Notes: generated by a model not told the origin, from the letters alone. Positions 26,341 to 40,258 are shown, numbered from the whole stretch's first letter. The stretch is DNA of 63,587 bases, filler included, from Octopus bimaculoides (GCF_001194135.2; 5 parts of 4 records of this genome joined end to end with filler, not necessarily neighbours in it); one strand, 5' to 3'. Made by a program: numbers and translations.

Positions 26341-27718
26341 AGGAGTAGAAGAAATTCACTCAACGAGATATATTTATAAATTCATAGGAAGCCATATTGA
26401 AGACAATAATACGCCATGTCGAAACGAAAGTGTGATAAAATCATTATTTGTTACAGAAAACTTTGTAAGACTCATCCAACATTTCTAAAGATATGTTTTA
26501 ACGTGTGAACTAACAAAATGGAAATCAATGTAAAGTAAATTGTATTACGTCGAACTCTACATGAAATAGACTACATTGTCGATGAAATAAGTGTATATAA
26601 ATACATGAAAAATAAAGCCATCTTGTAATGGTTGTTAGTCAGATCGTGTTCTGATAATTTTCAATTTTCTTCTCTGTTAATTTGTCATTTTAAATATTTA
26701 CATCAATGGTGGAAAAAAGGAATTAGATGTCACTGAATAATAAATTTATTATAATTTAAACTCATTTATATTGATTACTTCTGAATAATGTTAGAAAATT
26801 AATCAAAACACACAACGGCATCAGAGATGAATGTTCTATTATGGCGTCTTATTTTTGCTACCGTTGCGATCAACAATAGCAACAACAACAGTTACATTAG
26901 ACAATATAATGATAAAGGATAAAGTAAATCATGTGATAGATAAATATTTAATTAGTCGTAATTCCATTTGATTGGTTAATGCACACTTCCCATTGTATTT
27001 TACTTTTAATTCGCCTAGCGTTGATAAAATAATTCTTAAATGTAGTTTGTGATGTACTTAAGCAATTATATATGTCTTAAATTCTGGTAATGTAGTTACA
27101 TTATTCCTTTTCGGCATACTTTCACTGTTATCACTAAGCTGTTTAAAGTGACTCTTGTCACTGTCGTTGATCGTACCAGTAATTACAACAGGACTCTATA
27201 ACAGAATCAATGTAAGATGCTACTGTGATTTTTTTTACTAATTTTCTAAAATTATTCAGAAATAATCAATATTAATTAGTTTAAATTATAAAAAGATTAT
27301 CAGCTAGTGACATGTAATGAAATTTTCCCCACTATTGTAAATTTTAAAAATGAATGAAAACAACATTGAAAATGATCGAACACGCTCTGATAGACAACTG
27401 CTGCAGGACGTTTATTTATATATATTTATACATATTTATTTCATCGACAAACAAACGCTGCCTGTTTCATGTTCAACATGTCATAAAATAATTTAGATTA
27501 CATCGATTTCTATTTTGTCAGTTCACACGTTAAGATATATCTTTAGAAATGTTGAATAAATCTTGGGCGATTTGTTTTCTTTTATGTAATATAGCTTAAT
27601 TCAGATAACCATAATAAAACGAAGCTAGCGTCCATTATAAGAGAATGAAATGATTTCCTGAACATTGTATATCTGTTTAGATGCGAAACGTACACCAATT
27701 TGAAATTCCTTGACTTAC

Positions 27719-28083
27719 ATAGCAAAAGAAGGGTTTGCCTGTCGTAGCAAGAGTAGTGTTTGACATGGGAAACCGAAGCCACGGGCTCCACTGCAATGGA
27801 TACGACAAGTCTGTATCTTGTCATTCCAGACAATGCTCTGGCATTTGAAATTGCGTAAACGATTTGTATGAAGATGACCGAAGCAAAAACATGTGGCAGA
27901 TTTGACTAGGCCTGTATCAATAATGACAACGGTCGTAAGTGGAAGAAAAGAAGTTGTAAAGGTAACCGTGGTCACGAAGACTACCAATAGAATCAACAAC
28001 TTTATGTTGACATGAAAACAACGGAACACGTTCGTTTTTAAGCGAGCCATCCCCATTCCAGAACACGGAAGACTGTAAATCAT
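27719..28083 (-). CDS. Candidate first coding exon: hydrophobic segment plus Cys-rich stretch
   Basis: 122-aa ORF with LLILLVVFVTTVTF and 6-7 Cys. It ends on a GTAAGT donor (GT at 27718-27717). An alternative acceptor at 27791 gives a 72-nt exon. Confidence 0.3.
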
Positions 28084-28135
28084 ATCTTAAATATTGTCGA
28101 ACCTCAGTATGTTACTAATATTTATTTCACCCTTA

Positions 28136-28345
28136 AAGGCGGCGAGCTGGTAGAATCGTTGGCACGCCGGGCGAAATGCTTAACGGTATTTCGTCTGTCT
28201 TTAAGATCAAATGCTGCCGGGGTCCACTTTACTTTTCAGCCTTTCGGAGTTGATAAAATAAGTACCAGTTGAAAACTAGGGTCGATGTAATCGACTGCCC
28301 TTCCTCCGATATTGCAGGCCTTGTGCTAAAATTTGAAATTAGTGT
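28136..28345 (+). mobile_element. SINE family B
   Basis: aaggcggcgagctggtagaatcgttggcacgccgggcgaaatgc...ttgataaaataagtaccagtt...gggtcgatgtaatcgac. Confidence 0.85.
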
Positions 28346-28357
28346 TTAATTCACCAT

Positions 28358-28580
28358 AAGGCGGTGAGGTGGGAGAATCGTTAGCACTCCGGGCAAAATG
28401 CTTTAAGGCCCTTTGTCTGTCTTTACGTTGTGAGTTCAAAATTCCGCCGACGTCGATTTTGCCTTTCATCGTTTCAGGTTCGATAAAAAAGTACCAGTTG
28501 TGTACTGGGGTCGATGTAATCGACTTACCCCCTCCCCCGAACTTGCTGATCTTGTGCCAAGATTTTAAACCAATATTTAT
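28358..28580 (+). mobile_element. SINE family B, tandem second copy
   Basis: aaggcggtgaggtgggagaatcgttagcac...gagttcaaaattccgccgacgtcgattttgcctttcatc. Confidence 0.85.
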
Positions 28581-29099
28581 TGAACCCACTCCAGAAGAAC
28601 GGAAAGAAAATAAATCATCCATCTATCGGTGGGATTTGAACCCTGAGCAGTAAAACAGTTGTAATCAAATACCATAAATGATCTAGTCTTGGATACTGCT
28701 GTGTCTAATGTTTACTGCATTTCTTGATAGTTTTTATATCATAGGGAGTTTATATTAAGCCTTTTATATCATATAACGTGAGTTAAGTAAAAACCCGTTA
28801 TGTGCAACAAAAGCATTATTCGATTTAAATAAACATCTGCGCATCATACTTAAAATAAATACACCACGAAAAGCAAATTAACCGCGGTATTCGTCCGAAG
28901 ATACCACTTATGGACGCGCTGTGTTTAAAAGTACAATTAGATATCGGAGGCAGACGAGAATCGTCCTAGCAGCGGCTTGTGTGAATGCTTGACATGCATT
29001 TCTACCTCGGTGTGAGTTGTCAGTAGTCTATTAACACTTGCTCAAGGTGCCACACAATGGGACTGAACTCAGAACCATGTGATTGAGAAGCAAACGTTT

Positions 29100-29411
29100 T
29101 GCTGCATAACCACATTGTTGAACATCTTATCTGGCTACCACAGTCCCCCGATCTCAATATTATTGAGCATTTATGGTGCATTTTAGAAAAACAAGTAAGG
29201 AGTCGATATCCTCCACCATCATCACTACAAGAACTGGAAACTGTTTTAACTGAAGAATGGACAAAAATTCCCTTGGAAACAATTCAAATTTTGTACGAGT
29301 TCATACATCGTAGAATTCAAGCTGTAATTACTGCCAAAGGCAGTCCTGCCCCATATTAAAATAAATTTGTTTGAAATTTTAAGGTGTTTCCATTATTTTC
29401 CCCAATTCCTG
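29100..29411 (+). pseudogene. Tc1 (DD34E-type) transposase 3' fragment with 3' terminus and TA
   Basis: WLPQSPDLNIIEHLWCILEKQV...LETVLTEEWTKIP...RRIQAVITAKGSPAPY*. Ends ...ttcctg followed by ta. Confidence 0.85.
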
Positions 29412-29879
29412 TACATACTTTTGAAAATTAAATTAAATCGCCATTTTTATACAATTTCACCTACGACTGATATAATTTTTTGGCGGCCAGTTAAAAAATA
29501 GAATCTATATTACTGTAAAATAGTCACGTGACTTTTTATATAGTTTGAATTGAAACGCATTTCACATATGTATTAACCTACTTCTTTAAAGAAATTAACA
29601 CCGTGATTCATTGATAAAAATTGTATTTATTTATCTATCTGCTTAACGATATGATAATTTTCAAGAGCATTTCCGGCTTATATGATAACGAAGTGTCACT
29701 GAACTTCTCATCTTGAAAGCGAGTAGATATGGCTTTACAGTGCTTCTTTCTACTCATTGTGCTAAGTTAATATTGTGTTTTATGTCCCACTTCGATTCTC
29801 CCTTTCACCAAGCAAGAAAAAAAAAGCGTTATATCAGGAATGGACAAAGTTAGTATATAAATAAATAAATTAATGTTTC

Positions 29880-30122
29880 CTTCTTGAGCCATGCCAGGCT
29901 CATGAGGGCTGGTTTCCCGGTTTCAATGGCGTATAGATTCCCCACCTGAACGGGAGACGCCGGTCCGTCGCAGGATTATTCATCTGAGCCAGGTGAGTGG
30001 ACTGTAACAACGTAAAATGAAGTCTTTTGCTCAAGAACACAACACATCGCCCGGTCCAGGAGTCGAAACTACAATCTTACAATCATGAGCCTAACACCCC
30101 TAACCACTTCGCCACGCGCCTC
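29880..30122 (-). mobile_element. SINE with family C-like head and a different tail
   Basis: Minus-strand head ggaggcgcgtggcgaagtggttagg...gtttcgactcctggaccgg...gtgttgtgttcttgagcaa. Confidence 0.75.
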
Positions 30123-30174
30123 CACAAAATTCAGTATAACGTTTCTATATATTTTATATTAGTATATAGCTTTC

Positions 30175-30710
30175 TTCTTTTACTTGTTTAGACATTAGAC
30201 TGCGGCCATACTGGAGCACCACCTTGAAGGGGTTTAGTTGAACGAATCGACCGTAGCGTTTTTAAAGCTTGGTACTTATTCTATCAAACTCTTGTGACGA
30301 ACTGCTAAGTTACGGGGACATTAAAAAAAACTCAATACCGGTTGTCAAGCGGTGGTGGGCGACAAAACAAAGTCACACACACATATACACACATACATAC
30401 GCACATGCACACATACATACACACATACACACATAAATACACACATACACACATAAACACACACGCATACATACATATATACATACATATATATACATAC
30501 ATACGCAACATACATACATACGCAACATACATACATACATACATACATACTTACGCGATGGGTTCTTTTAATTTCCGCCAACCAAATCCACGCACAAGTC
30601 TTTGATCAGCTCGGAGCTATAGTAGAAAACACTTGTTCAAAGTTCCACACAATGGGACTGAACCCAGAACCACGTGGTTGGGAAGCAAACATCTTACCAC
30701 ACAACCACAT
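30175..30710 (-). mobile_element. SINE family A, near full length with internal (CA/TA)n
   Basis: Both family A halves flank a microsatellite. The head ends in gggaagcaaacatcttaccacacaacca. Confidence 0.85.
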
Positions 30711-31740
30711 CAAAAGAAAGAAACTTTCACTAAAGCTTCACTTTCGTATCTAACAATCGTCAGAAGAATACAAATATCTCCATAGATTATGCTTGATCTG
30801 GGCTGACCTAGTGTTAAGCAACAATATCAATATGAATATATAAATCAAAACCCATTTTCTTCTCTAAAATATGGGAGCTAAAAGAAACTGTAAGGAATCT
30901 TTATCTTGTAGGTCATGAGAATTATAGAGTTGTAGATGTTCTTCCAGTAAGTGAAAATAACGAGTCTTTCCTAATTTCCATTTTAAGACATTCAGCTGCA
31001 GGGGGGGGGGCGCCACATATCTTATCTCAGTATTTTCTAGTACTAGGAGACTTTAATGATAAGGCGCAAATAAAGAAATTTTTCTATGTGTTAGAGGCAA
31101 TGCATTCTGAGTTTAAATATAACCAAAGTCAATTCTGGCTTACCCTCTATTGAATTAATTGATACCGGTAATATAAGTGGATTGATATGATTTTGCAGTG
31201 CCTCCTTCTACTCCATGTGCTAAGTTAAAAGAAATAAAATATTTGTCGTTGTTTTAAGATGTAAAGATGAAGGGTACTATTTTCCCTTTGGATACAAGGC
31301 CAGTTNNNNNNNNNNNNNNNNNNNNNNNNNNNNNNNNNNNNNNNNNNNNNNNNNNNNNNNNNNNNNNNNNNNNNNNNNNNNNNNNNNNNNNNNNNNNNNN
31401 NNNNNNNNNNNNNNNNNNNNNNNNNNNNNNNNNNNNNNNNNNNNNNNNNNNNNNNNNNNNNNNNNNNNNNNNNNNNNNNNNNNNNNNNNNNNNNNNNNNN
31501 NNNNNNNNNNNNNNNNNNNNNNNNNNNNNNNNNNNNNNNNNNNNNNNNNNNNNNNNNNNNNNNNNNNNNNNNNNNNNNNNNNNNNNNNNNNNNNNNNNNN
31601 NNNNNNNNNNNNNNNNNNNNNNNNNNNNNNNNNNNNNNNNNNNNNNNNNNNNNNNNNNNNNNNNNNNNNNNNNNNNNNNNNNNNNNNNNNNNNNNNNNNN
31701 NNNNNNNNNNNNNNNATATATATATATATATATATATATA

Positions 31741-31890
31741 CGACAGGGGTCTTTCAGTTTCCGTCTACCAAATCCTCTCACAAGGCTTTGGTCGGGCCGA
31801 GGCTATAGTAGAAGACACTTGCCCAAGGTGCCACGCAGTGGGACTGAACACAGAACTATGTGGTTCGTAAGCACACAGCCACTCCTACCG
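31741..31890 (-). mobile_element. SINE family A, 5' half
   Basis: ctttcagtttccgtctaccaaatcc...cttgcccaaggtgccacgcagtgggactgaa. Confidence 0.85.
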
Positions 31891-32771
31891 ATCTGTTGGA
31901 GAATATTCCAAAAATATTCTTCACACTTTTTATTTTTATTTTTCATGGTCCAACCATCGTGGAACATTTCCCTGGTCGATTCCTGTCAATTCCTAATCTA
32001 AGCCAAACTACATAATTGTAACATGGGAAATTACACATATAGTACAGCATCGAAAGTCCAGCGATAATTTATAACCTGTTGAAAACTATCACTAATTCAC
32101 GAACAGATATAAAACAATCATTTCTATCGATTTTCCTTTATACATTCTAGAAACTTGAAACTAATTGGAAATAATTGAAAACCACACGAAGACATGATAT
32201 TATACCGGCAATATCCATTCACAAAATGTACATCGCTAATATTTGAAGCGACAAGGTGTTTGTCTTTAAAGCAAATATTCAACTATTGGACGTTTTATAA
32301 TATTTGCTTCCTCAGCACCACGAAGAATATAGTGATTTATTACATGGGTACAAAACCTGTAACTTATTGGAAAAAATGTAGAATAACCAAGAGTATGAGG
32401 TCATAATTCAAACGAGTGAGACGAAATGAAAGGCTGTACAAAAGTTTTAACAATCAGTTCATTCTGTGAATGAAAATATGCAGCAAGCATTTTGTTGTAG
32501 ACCTGAGTTAGTCGAATGTTTCTATTTGTTGGAATCATCTCATTCTTCACGGGGAAGTTTGATTAAGAAAGACTAGCAACATATCCAGGAAAAACGTGTT
32601 ACTTTAGTCTCTGTAATGTTCAGAGGAAACAAGAACATAAAACCATTTCTACGAGCTAAAGTAGCTTGTTAGAATTAACTTAGTCATCTGAAATGTCAAC
32701 CAGTTCTTCGTGGGGGAAATTTGCTTAAGAAAGATTCGCGACATATCCGGAGAAAAAACATATATGTATAT

Positions 32772-32823
<52 letters not shown>

Positions 32824-33197
32824 TTATATGTGAAGGCACGATGTGTTCTTCAGCAATGCACATAATTTCACGTTGTTCCAGTTTACTTGTGACGCAATAG
32901 CCTTCCGATCGGGGGGATATTAGCCTGTTTGCCTAACCAGCGGGATGGTGTAATCCGAAAGCTAAAACAATATGAAGCGCATTGTAACCAGCGATGTATA
33001 ACCACATCCGATAGTCTGATCGAAACTGTTATATATATATATTTTCTCTCTCTGTTTATTTCTGTGTTCCTTTCTGTTGAAGAGCATAGGCTCGAAACGT
33101 AAAAGACTATCTCACTTCCTGAGCGTTAAACTAATACATCTGTTTGTTGTTTACACACCCGTCTTCATCTTTTGTTTCGTTTTTATTTGTAAATTCC

Positions 33198-33238
<41 letters not shown>

Positions 33239-33261
33239 TATACATATATATGCACACACAC

Positions 33262-33361
33262 NNNNNNNNNNNNNNNNNNNNNNNNNNNNNNNNNNNNNNN
33301 NNNNNTTAATTAATTAANNNNNNNNNNNNNNNNNNNNNNNNNNNNNNNNNNNNNNNNNNNN
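33262..33361. other. Artificial 100-bp assembly spacer
   Basis: 44N-TTAATTAATTAA-44N. Confidence 0.95.
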
Positions 33362-35814
33362 ATATATATATATATATATACACGCGCATGCGGAAAAAGA
33401 GTGAGTGGAAAGCAGAATCAGAGTGAAACTATCAATTTTGTTTAACTTACATATGTATTCGTAAATGCATATGAACGTACGTAGCTGCATGATAACCAAA
33501 ACACTGTTTAAAGCAGAACAATAAGCAAACTCTGAAAATAAAATAGAAAAATTAGAGGGTTTAGACAGCGTCGTGGCGAAAACGTTTTTTTCTTAACTGG
33601 GTGTATATTTTCAAGATAGTTAAACACTAGTTAGAGCAATCCACGTACTCCGGCCGTAATGAGGTCTGAGGAGGCTAATAAGCGTAGAAACGTCACAATA
33701 CATTAAATGTTGAATTAATGAGCAAATTAGGAGAGACTATTAACGATTAAAAATAGATGTCGTAGGTGTGAGAATGCTGATTGACAAACTCTTCAATGCT
33801 AAACACGTTTGTTGCATTAGCGGAGCTATTTCACGTGATCTAAAACACGACAAAGGCAAGCCGTTCGATGTCCCTATATGGTAGAAATGTAACGCGGTCA
33901 TAAAGCCATAATTCATTATTTGACAGACACGGAAGTACACTTGTTTGTCGATTCCAAGCACACGCATGTGGTCTTTCAGCGACACTTTTCACACATGTTG
34001 GGAGAAAGAAATAGAACGGAAACTGGTATTGTTACTGCCTACCCCAACTGCCTACATCGGGTCATATTAGTATCACGAGTGATGCGAAAAGCAGAAAAGA
34101 GCAGTGGAGTACAGCATGTGAGAGCTGGTTGTAAGAGCAACCACTTTGAATAGTCTAGTCTAGAACTATTCATAAGATGCCACACTTATGAGCCGAGATC
34201 TTGTCAGACATCTACTGCAACTGGTGGTTTTCAAAGCCATAAAGATTGGTGCTGCTGAATAAAATCATCAACGGTATTTTTACATTATCACTAAAGCGTC
34301 GAAAAACTGCCTTACGCATCGTTGTGTATCCTGATCAAATCTCGCCCAGAATATTTTCGCATTTCATCCCCTGGGACTGATGAATGTAACACTGTTGCTA
34401 TTATGTGTCTGTCAAACATAAGCTGTCTTTGTTTCTGTTCAGTTTTAAGACAATTATTAATTTTGATAAAATAAATCTCATTACTAAGCTGGGGTCTGGA
34501 ACAAATTAGCATAAAATGTTGATGGTAGTTTATAATTTAGACTACATTAAAACAGTGAGTTTATGATATAGAATCTGGGGTGTTCTCAGGCGAGTTGGTA
34601 TCCAAAATGCTGCACCAATTAAGTGCTGGATGCTTGTGTTATCCACAGTTCTTCAAACTGCTCACCTTGAGCTTAGGGCCTTATATTGTCGTCATTACTG
34701 TTAGTAGTAGTATTGGGATTAAAATGTATTTTATATATGTGTCATCCAAAAACTATTGCTTCACATCTATCTGATTTCAGTTTTAATGCCAGCCTGTCCT
34801 GTTTTAAGACGAAACTTTTGCACGGCTTCCGAATAATCAATGCATTTTGCAGTACATTATGTAGGCGAAATATGCGTGGCAGTGATTCAGGGGATACTTG
34901 CTATTTGTAGATAGGAGGCTAATTTATTTTCCCCAAACTATCTCCAGCTTATGTTTGCAGCCGAGGAGTTTACATTGTTTGGTAGATACACAAAATAACA
35001 TGAAAATATACTGTAGTAAAACTGTTGCTAGAAGAGATCTTCGCTGATAAATAATTATATGATTGTAAAATGATATTGGTTTCATATAAGATATTTCAAA
35101 TATATGTGCAAGGCAGTCATAAAAACCGAGACAATTACATACACATGTTTATACATACACAATCACCTAAGCTTGTGTGTATATTTTTGGAAAGACTGTC
35201 TGTGTACATTAATGCAGATGCTCCGAGTTCTATATAAAGATAACTCATGAATGTCTATACATACAATCATAAGTATATAAATATAGATGTATGTCGGTAA
35301 GTGTGTTTATAAATGTGTGTGGTTGTGTGAGAGTGTGCGTGAGTTAGAGCATTCGCAGATGTTTTCTGCATGCAAAATCTCAAACTCGTGCAGATGTAAG
35401 TATACTACGCACAGCGTTTAAGCATATGAATTCTATACTTACTCTATAATAAGTATTTAATACTTCATGAAATGTGTTTCTAAATTGATAACACTTTATC
35501 TGGGGAGATGTTATTAAAACATTACTTAGCATATCGTTGACGAAATGTCGCAATACATTATTGCAGACAGTGTTGTATTCTGGAATAAGACAGATATGTT
35601 GGTGTGATTAAATATCTTAAACGGATTCGCCACGGCTGAGAATTCATACAAATGGAGAGGATTAGGCAACAGGAGACATATACAGATTAAATTCTTCTCT
35701 CATTCACTGATTGATATATTTTACGTCATATCTGCTTCCAAATTCAATGTGCACGCTTAAGAATATAATTTGTCACACACTTATATATGAGCTCATGCAA
35801 ATATACCCATTTGC

Positions 35815-35848
<34 letters not shown>

Positions 35849-36606
35849 NNNNNNNNNNNNNNNNNNNNNNNNNNNNNNNNNNNNNNNNNNNNNNNNNNNN
35901 NNNNNNNNNNNNNNNNNNNNNNNNNNNNNNNNNNNNNNNNNNNNNNNNNNNNNNNNNNNNNNNNNNNNNNNNNNNNNNNNNNNNNNNNNNNNNNNNNNNN
36001 NNNNNNNNNNNNNNNNNNNNNNNNNNNNNNNNNNNNNNNNNNNNNNNNNNNNNNNNNNNNNNNNNNNNNNNNNNNNNNNNNNNNNNNNNNNNNNNNNNNN
36101 NNNNNNNNNNNNNNNNNNNNNNNNNNNNNNNNNNNNNNNNNNNNNNNNNNNNNNNNNNNNNNNNNNNNNNNNNNNNNNNNNNNNNNNNNNNNNNNNNNNN
36201 NNNNNNNNNNNNNNNNNNNNNNNNNNNNNNNNNNNNNNNNNNNNNNNNNNNNNNNNNNNNNNNNNNNNNNNNNNNNNNNNNNNNNNNNNNNNNNNNNNNN
36301 NNNNNNNNNNNNNNNNNNNNNNNNNNNNNNNNNNNNNNNNNNNNNNNNNNNNNNNNNNNNNNNNNNNNNNNNNNNNNNNNNNNNNNNNNNNNNNNNNNNN
36401 NNNNNNNNNNNNNNNNNNNNNNNNNNNNNNNNNNNNNNNNNNNNNNNNNNNNNNNNNNNNNNNNNNNNNNNNNNNNNNNNNNNNNNNNNNNNNNNNNNNN
36501 NNNNNNNNNNNNNNNNNNNNNNNNNNNNNNNNNNNNNNNNNNNNNNNNNNNNNNNNNNNNNNNNNNNNNNNNNNNNNNNNNNNNNNNNNNNNNNNNNNNN
36601 NNNNNN

Positions 36607-36647
<41 letters not shown>

Positions 36648-37964
36648 TAAAATCTATAGAAAAACAAAAGACGAAGACAGGTATTTGAGCAACAAGCACG
36701 TGTATTAATTTGACGCTCGTGAAAAATGAAACAGCCACTTACATTTCGAGCATACGCTCTTCAGCAGTAAGACGTAATAAACAGAGAGATACATATGAGT
36801 GTGCCTGCGTGTGTGCATGTGTTTGTGTGTGAGTATGTGTAGAAAAACGATTAGTGATACTAATAGTTGCTGAGCAACTCAATCACTGCGATGTTTCGCA
36901 ATAAAATCTTTTGAAAATGACGTTAATTACATACTCTCCCGAAGTATGTTACGACAAGATAATCGCAGTTTCTAAGCACGCACATAACATGGTACTTAGC
37001 ATACGAAGAAATATTTCTCTGCATGTTTTGCAGAATAACTGATGAATACATTTTAATAAACTGCTATCAGAATTTCTTTAAATACTTTAGCAAAATTAGA
37101 TCCCTAATAATGTTCTTCCTACAAATGCACACTACGAAAAAACTGTTGGTATATAGATTTGTATTTTTGGCGAGAATATGGGATGTAACAGGGCATAACA
37201 ATGTTCATATTATGTAGCAGATAATCAATATAATTTTCTTAAATACGCAAGGAATTAGCCAGATACATTTGCAAATAAATGCTCGGAATATTTTAGACGA
37301 AAGTGAAATTTCTAAATATCGTCAGACGCTATATAGGCATAAGTAACCTGGAGACCCTCTATTCTTCAGAGACTTCCTTAGCAATTAAATCAGTTTAAAA
37401 ATAAATAAGTAAATAATAAAAAGCAAACATATAACATTTCCGCAACATATTTTAAATAGTTTATTCAAAGTGAGAATGAAAAGCATCCATCTTCCACTTT
37501 GAAAATACCTCATGTTTCTAAGAAAGGATCAATAGAGGACGTTATCTCTAACGTGGAAAGTTTACCTGAATGCTGGTAATAAAGAGAAATCTGTTAAAGA
37601 AAACCAGATGACAAATGATAGAGACACATTAGGATTACTATTCAAGTTCTGGAACATTCTCCTCAATGGAATCCAAGCAATTACTTAGTTTCATTTGTGT
37701 GTTTATGGTGGACTTACGTTAAAAACATTTTTCAAAGACGCCTATTAGCGGAATTTAATTTAAAGCCATATAGTTGTGGAGAGACCTCCTCTCACAAATC
37801 GAAGCTATTCTAGTATTCTAATACCAAATGACTAGTAAACTATTAGCATTACATAGAAACAGATATACACTCTTAAATGAGGGAGCCCTATAAATATTAT
37901 CAATAGACATCAAACAAATAATGTAATAAATGTCAGGAAGTATAACGTTTTATAGCTCTTATTT

Positions 37965-38143
37965 TATATGTTTCAGTTTCAGTTATTTGGCTGCGGCCAA
38001 GCTGGAGCATCGCCTTGACGAACTTTTCGTCTAATGAATCGGCCCCAGTAATAAATCTGGACCTTATTCTATCGGTAAATTTATTCTGCCGCTAAGTTTT
38101 GAGAACATAAATAAACCAACACCGGTTGTGGACTGTGATGGGC

Positions 38144-38192
<49 letters not shown>

Positions 38193-38355
38193 CATAAGAC
38201 GGGCTTCTTCCAGTTGCCGTCTACCACATTCAACCACAAAGCCTCAGCCCGAGGCTATAGCAGAAGACTCTTGACCAAGCTACCTCTAAGAGAGACTGAG
38301 CCCTGGATCTTGTGGCTGGAAGGATGCTTTTTACCATGCAGCTACGCCTGCGCAT
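37965..38355 (-). mobile_element. SINE family A, near full length
   Basis: Family A blocks either side of (CA)n. Ends in gctacgcctgcgc. Confidence 0.8.
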
Positions 38356-38805
38356 AGTGATGTTTTTAAAAAATTCAGACTAATTAAATAGAAAAATGTA
38401 CCTTCGATCTCTTTTTGTACTAATGTAAATCAAATTATCATGAAGTAAATTAAAAGAAAACAAGTTTCAGCCGGCAAAAGATCCCAATATTTCGTACCTA
38501 AACCGTTCCTCTGAGTATTTGGTCTTCTATAAATGGAATCAAATCTCCTTTAATCAATTCCTTACAATGTGAAAATCAAAATGACACACCGCACAATATA
38601 GATGATTAAGCTTATTCGGTTGAAGGATACTGGGGAATCAAGGCGTAAATATATATTATATAGTGTGGGATAGGATGTGTGTATTATATAAAAAAAAAAC
38701 ACACACACAGAATAAAAAGAAATATATCATTGATACTGAAGATAGTTTTCGCCAAAATGAGTGATGACAAAGGTGAAATTTAAATTATCTAAAAATACAA
38801 CGCAG

Positions 38806-38826
38806 GCTTGCAATGGATAATAAATG
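38806..38826 (+). CDS. Candidate short exon or first coding exon end (LAMDNKW)
   Basis: Good donor aatg|gtatgt, and phase 2 joins 39076 in frame. The acceptor is weak. Confidence 0.3.
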
Positions 38827-39075
38827 GTATGTCGCTTTGCACGAAGACACCTCCAGGAATGTGTCCATCGTAGGAGTGTTAATACCTCATTCTGCAGGCT
38901 GGGGTGTGCAACATTGTAGACGACATGTGATAAATGACGAGTTCAAACCAATACATCTTCCTTTGTTTGTCAATAGTCTAGGATTCCCTAAATTATATAT
39001 ACCGGATGATTGAGCAAAGTTTTCATAAGAGAATTACTTAACTGAAACGCATTTAATTAATCAATGACTTTTCAG

Positions 39076-39187
39076 GCTTTCCTCGATAATTGCCTGCCAG
39101 ACGCAGGAATTTGCTGTTGCAAAGGAAACCGAGGTCATCGCTTCCCAAGTCACAATGCTTACGAAGGACATTATACTCTTTCATATG
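39076..39187 (+). CDS. Candidate internal exon (LSSIIACQTQEFAVAKETEVIASQVTMLTKDIILFHM)
   Basis: gacttttcag| ... atg|gtaatg. 112 nt, GC-richer than its flanks, phase 2 to 0. Confidence 0.45.
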
Positions 39188-40183
39188 GTAATGTACATCT
39201 ATTTAGAGTTTCGAAATTGTAGTTATCCTTCCAGGATTTTTGTGGTTTGAATGAACATCTCAAATTTTATTCCAATTGTTTTTTTTTTTTAAATGTGGCA
39301 TATGGATTAAGTTTTGTATACTAATTATGAAAACGAAAATCATTTTTCCTATAATTTTATAATCAAAAAGTTACTAGCCTTTAAAGTTTGCGAAATTTGG
39401 GTATTTTAGCCAATCAGAAGCGAGTATTTTACACATCACATTGAAGTTCTGTTAGCATAGTAAGTAAAGTACTCTGTTTCCATAGTAACCAAGGAGTGTA
39501 ACCGCTACGTATTCCATAACCGTTTGCAAAGAACTCTATTCCATAGATGCCAAATATGCATTGCATGCGTACAAAAAGTTTAAGCCCACGTGTACGATAA
39601 TTGTTTCTTTTCATGTCTATTTTAAGCAATATTTAGACTGTTATTTCTAGCAACTGTAGATGGCTTGCTCGTAGCCTTTAAATATTCAATTTATTCGCGT
39701 ATGTTTTAATGTTTTTCACAGTTATTTTAATGTTTTGATGAAAGGGGCACTGAACACCGTTTTCTGATCGGCTGAAAATTCTGAAAAGTATTAAAAAATT
39801 TTAACACCTGTAATATTTTCGCAAAATTTATCGGGAATAAATGAATAATTAATTCTGATTCAGCTTCTCAAATTACATCAATATACTATATTGAAAAATG
39901 TTTCTAAAGATGTTGACATGCAGTGACGCAAAGCAGAAAAATCCTGTTTCCAAACTACTATACATTTTGTCAAGATGTGCAAGCACTGGATCGTTCCATG
40001 CTTAAAGTCAACTACACTATTTAACATACACCAAATCAACAGCGAACAAACCAAATAAGGAACTCGCTTGAACTGTGTTTTTTTTTCTTTTTCTATCACT
40101 TCATTCGTTTCATAAAATATCATTACATTTACTGAAGGGTATTCAGTGCAAATTATTGTTGCTACTAAACGGGGCATCTCGTA

Positions 40184-40258
<75 letters not shown>

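Noticed and set aside
32535-32755. Two degenerate 50-bp repeats (ttcttc..gggga..ttg.ttaagaaaga...catatcc) about 165 bp apart
   Set aside because: Only two diverged units; most simply an old local duplication.
4927-34408. Five-exon minus-strand chain (34408-34316, 27790-27719, 24339-24236, 18780-18694, 5012-4927) that stays in frame
   Set aside because: It crosses two spacers, was assembled by choosing among alternative sites, and gives no recognisable protein.
38813-39013. KWYVAL resembling an FGF motif
   Set aside because: Five residues only, and it reads through a likely splice donor (atg|gtatgt).
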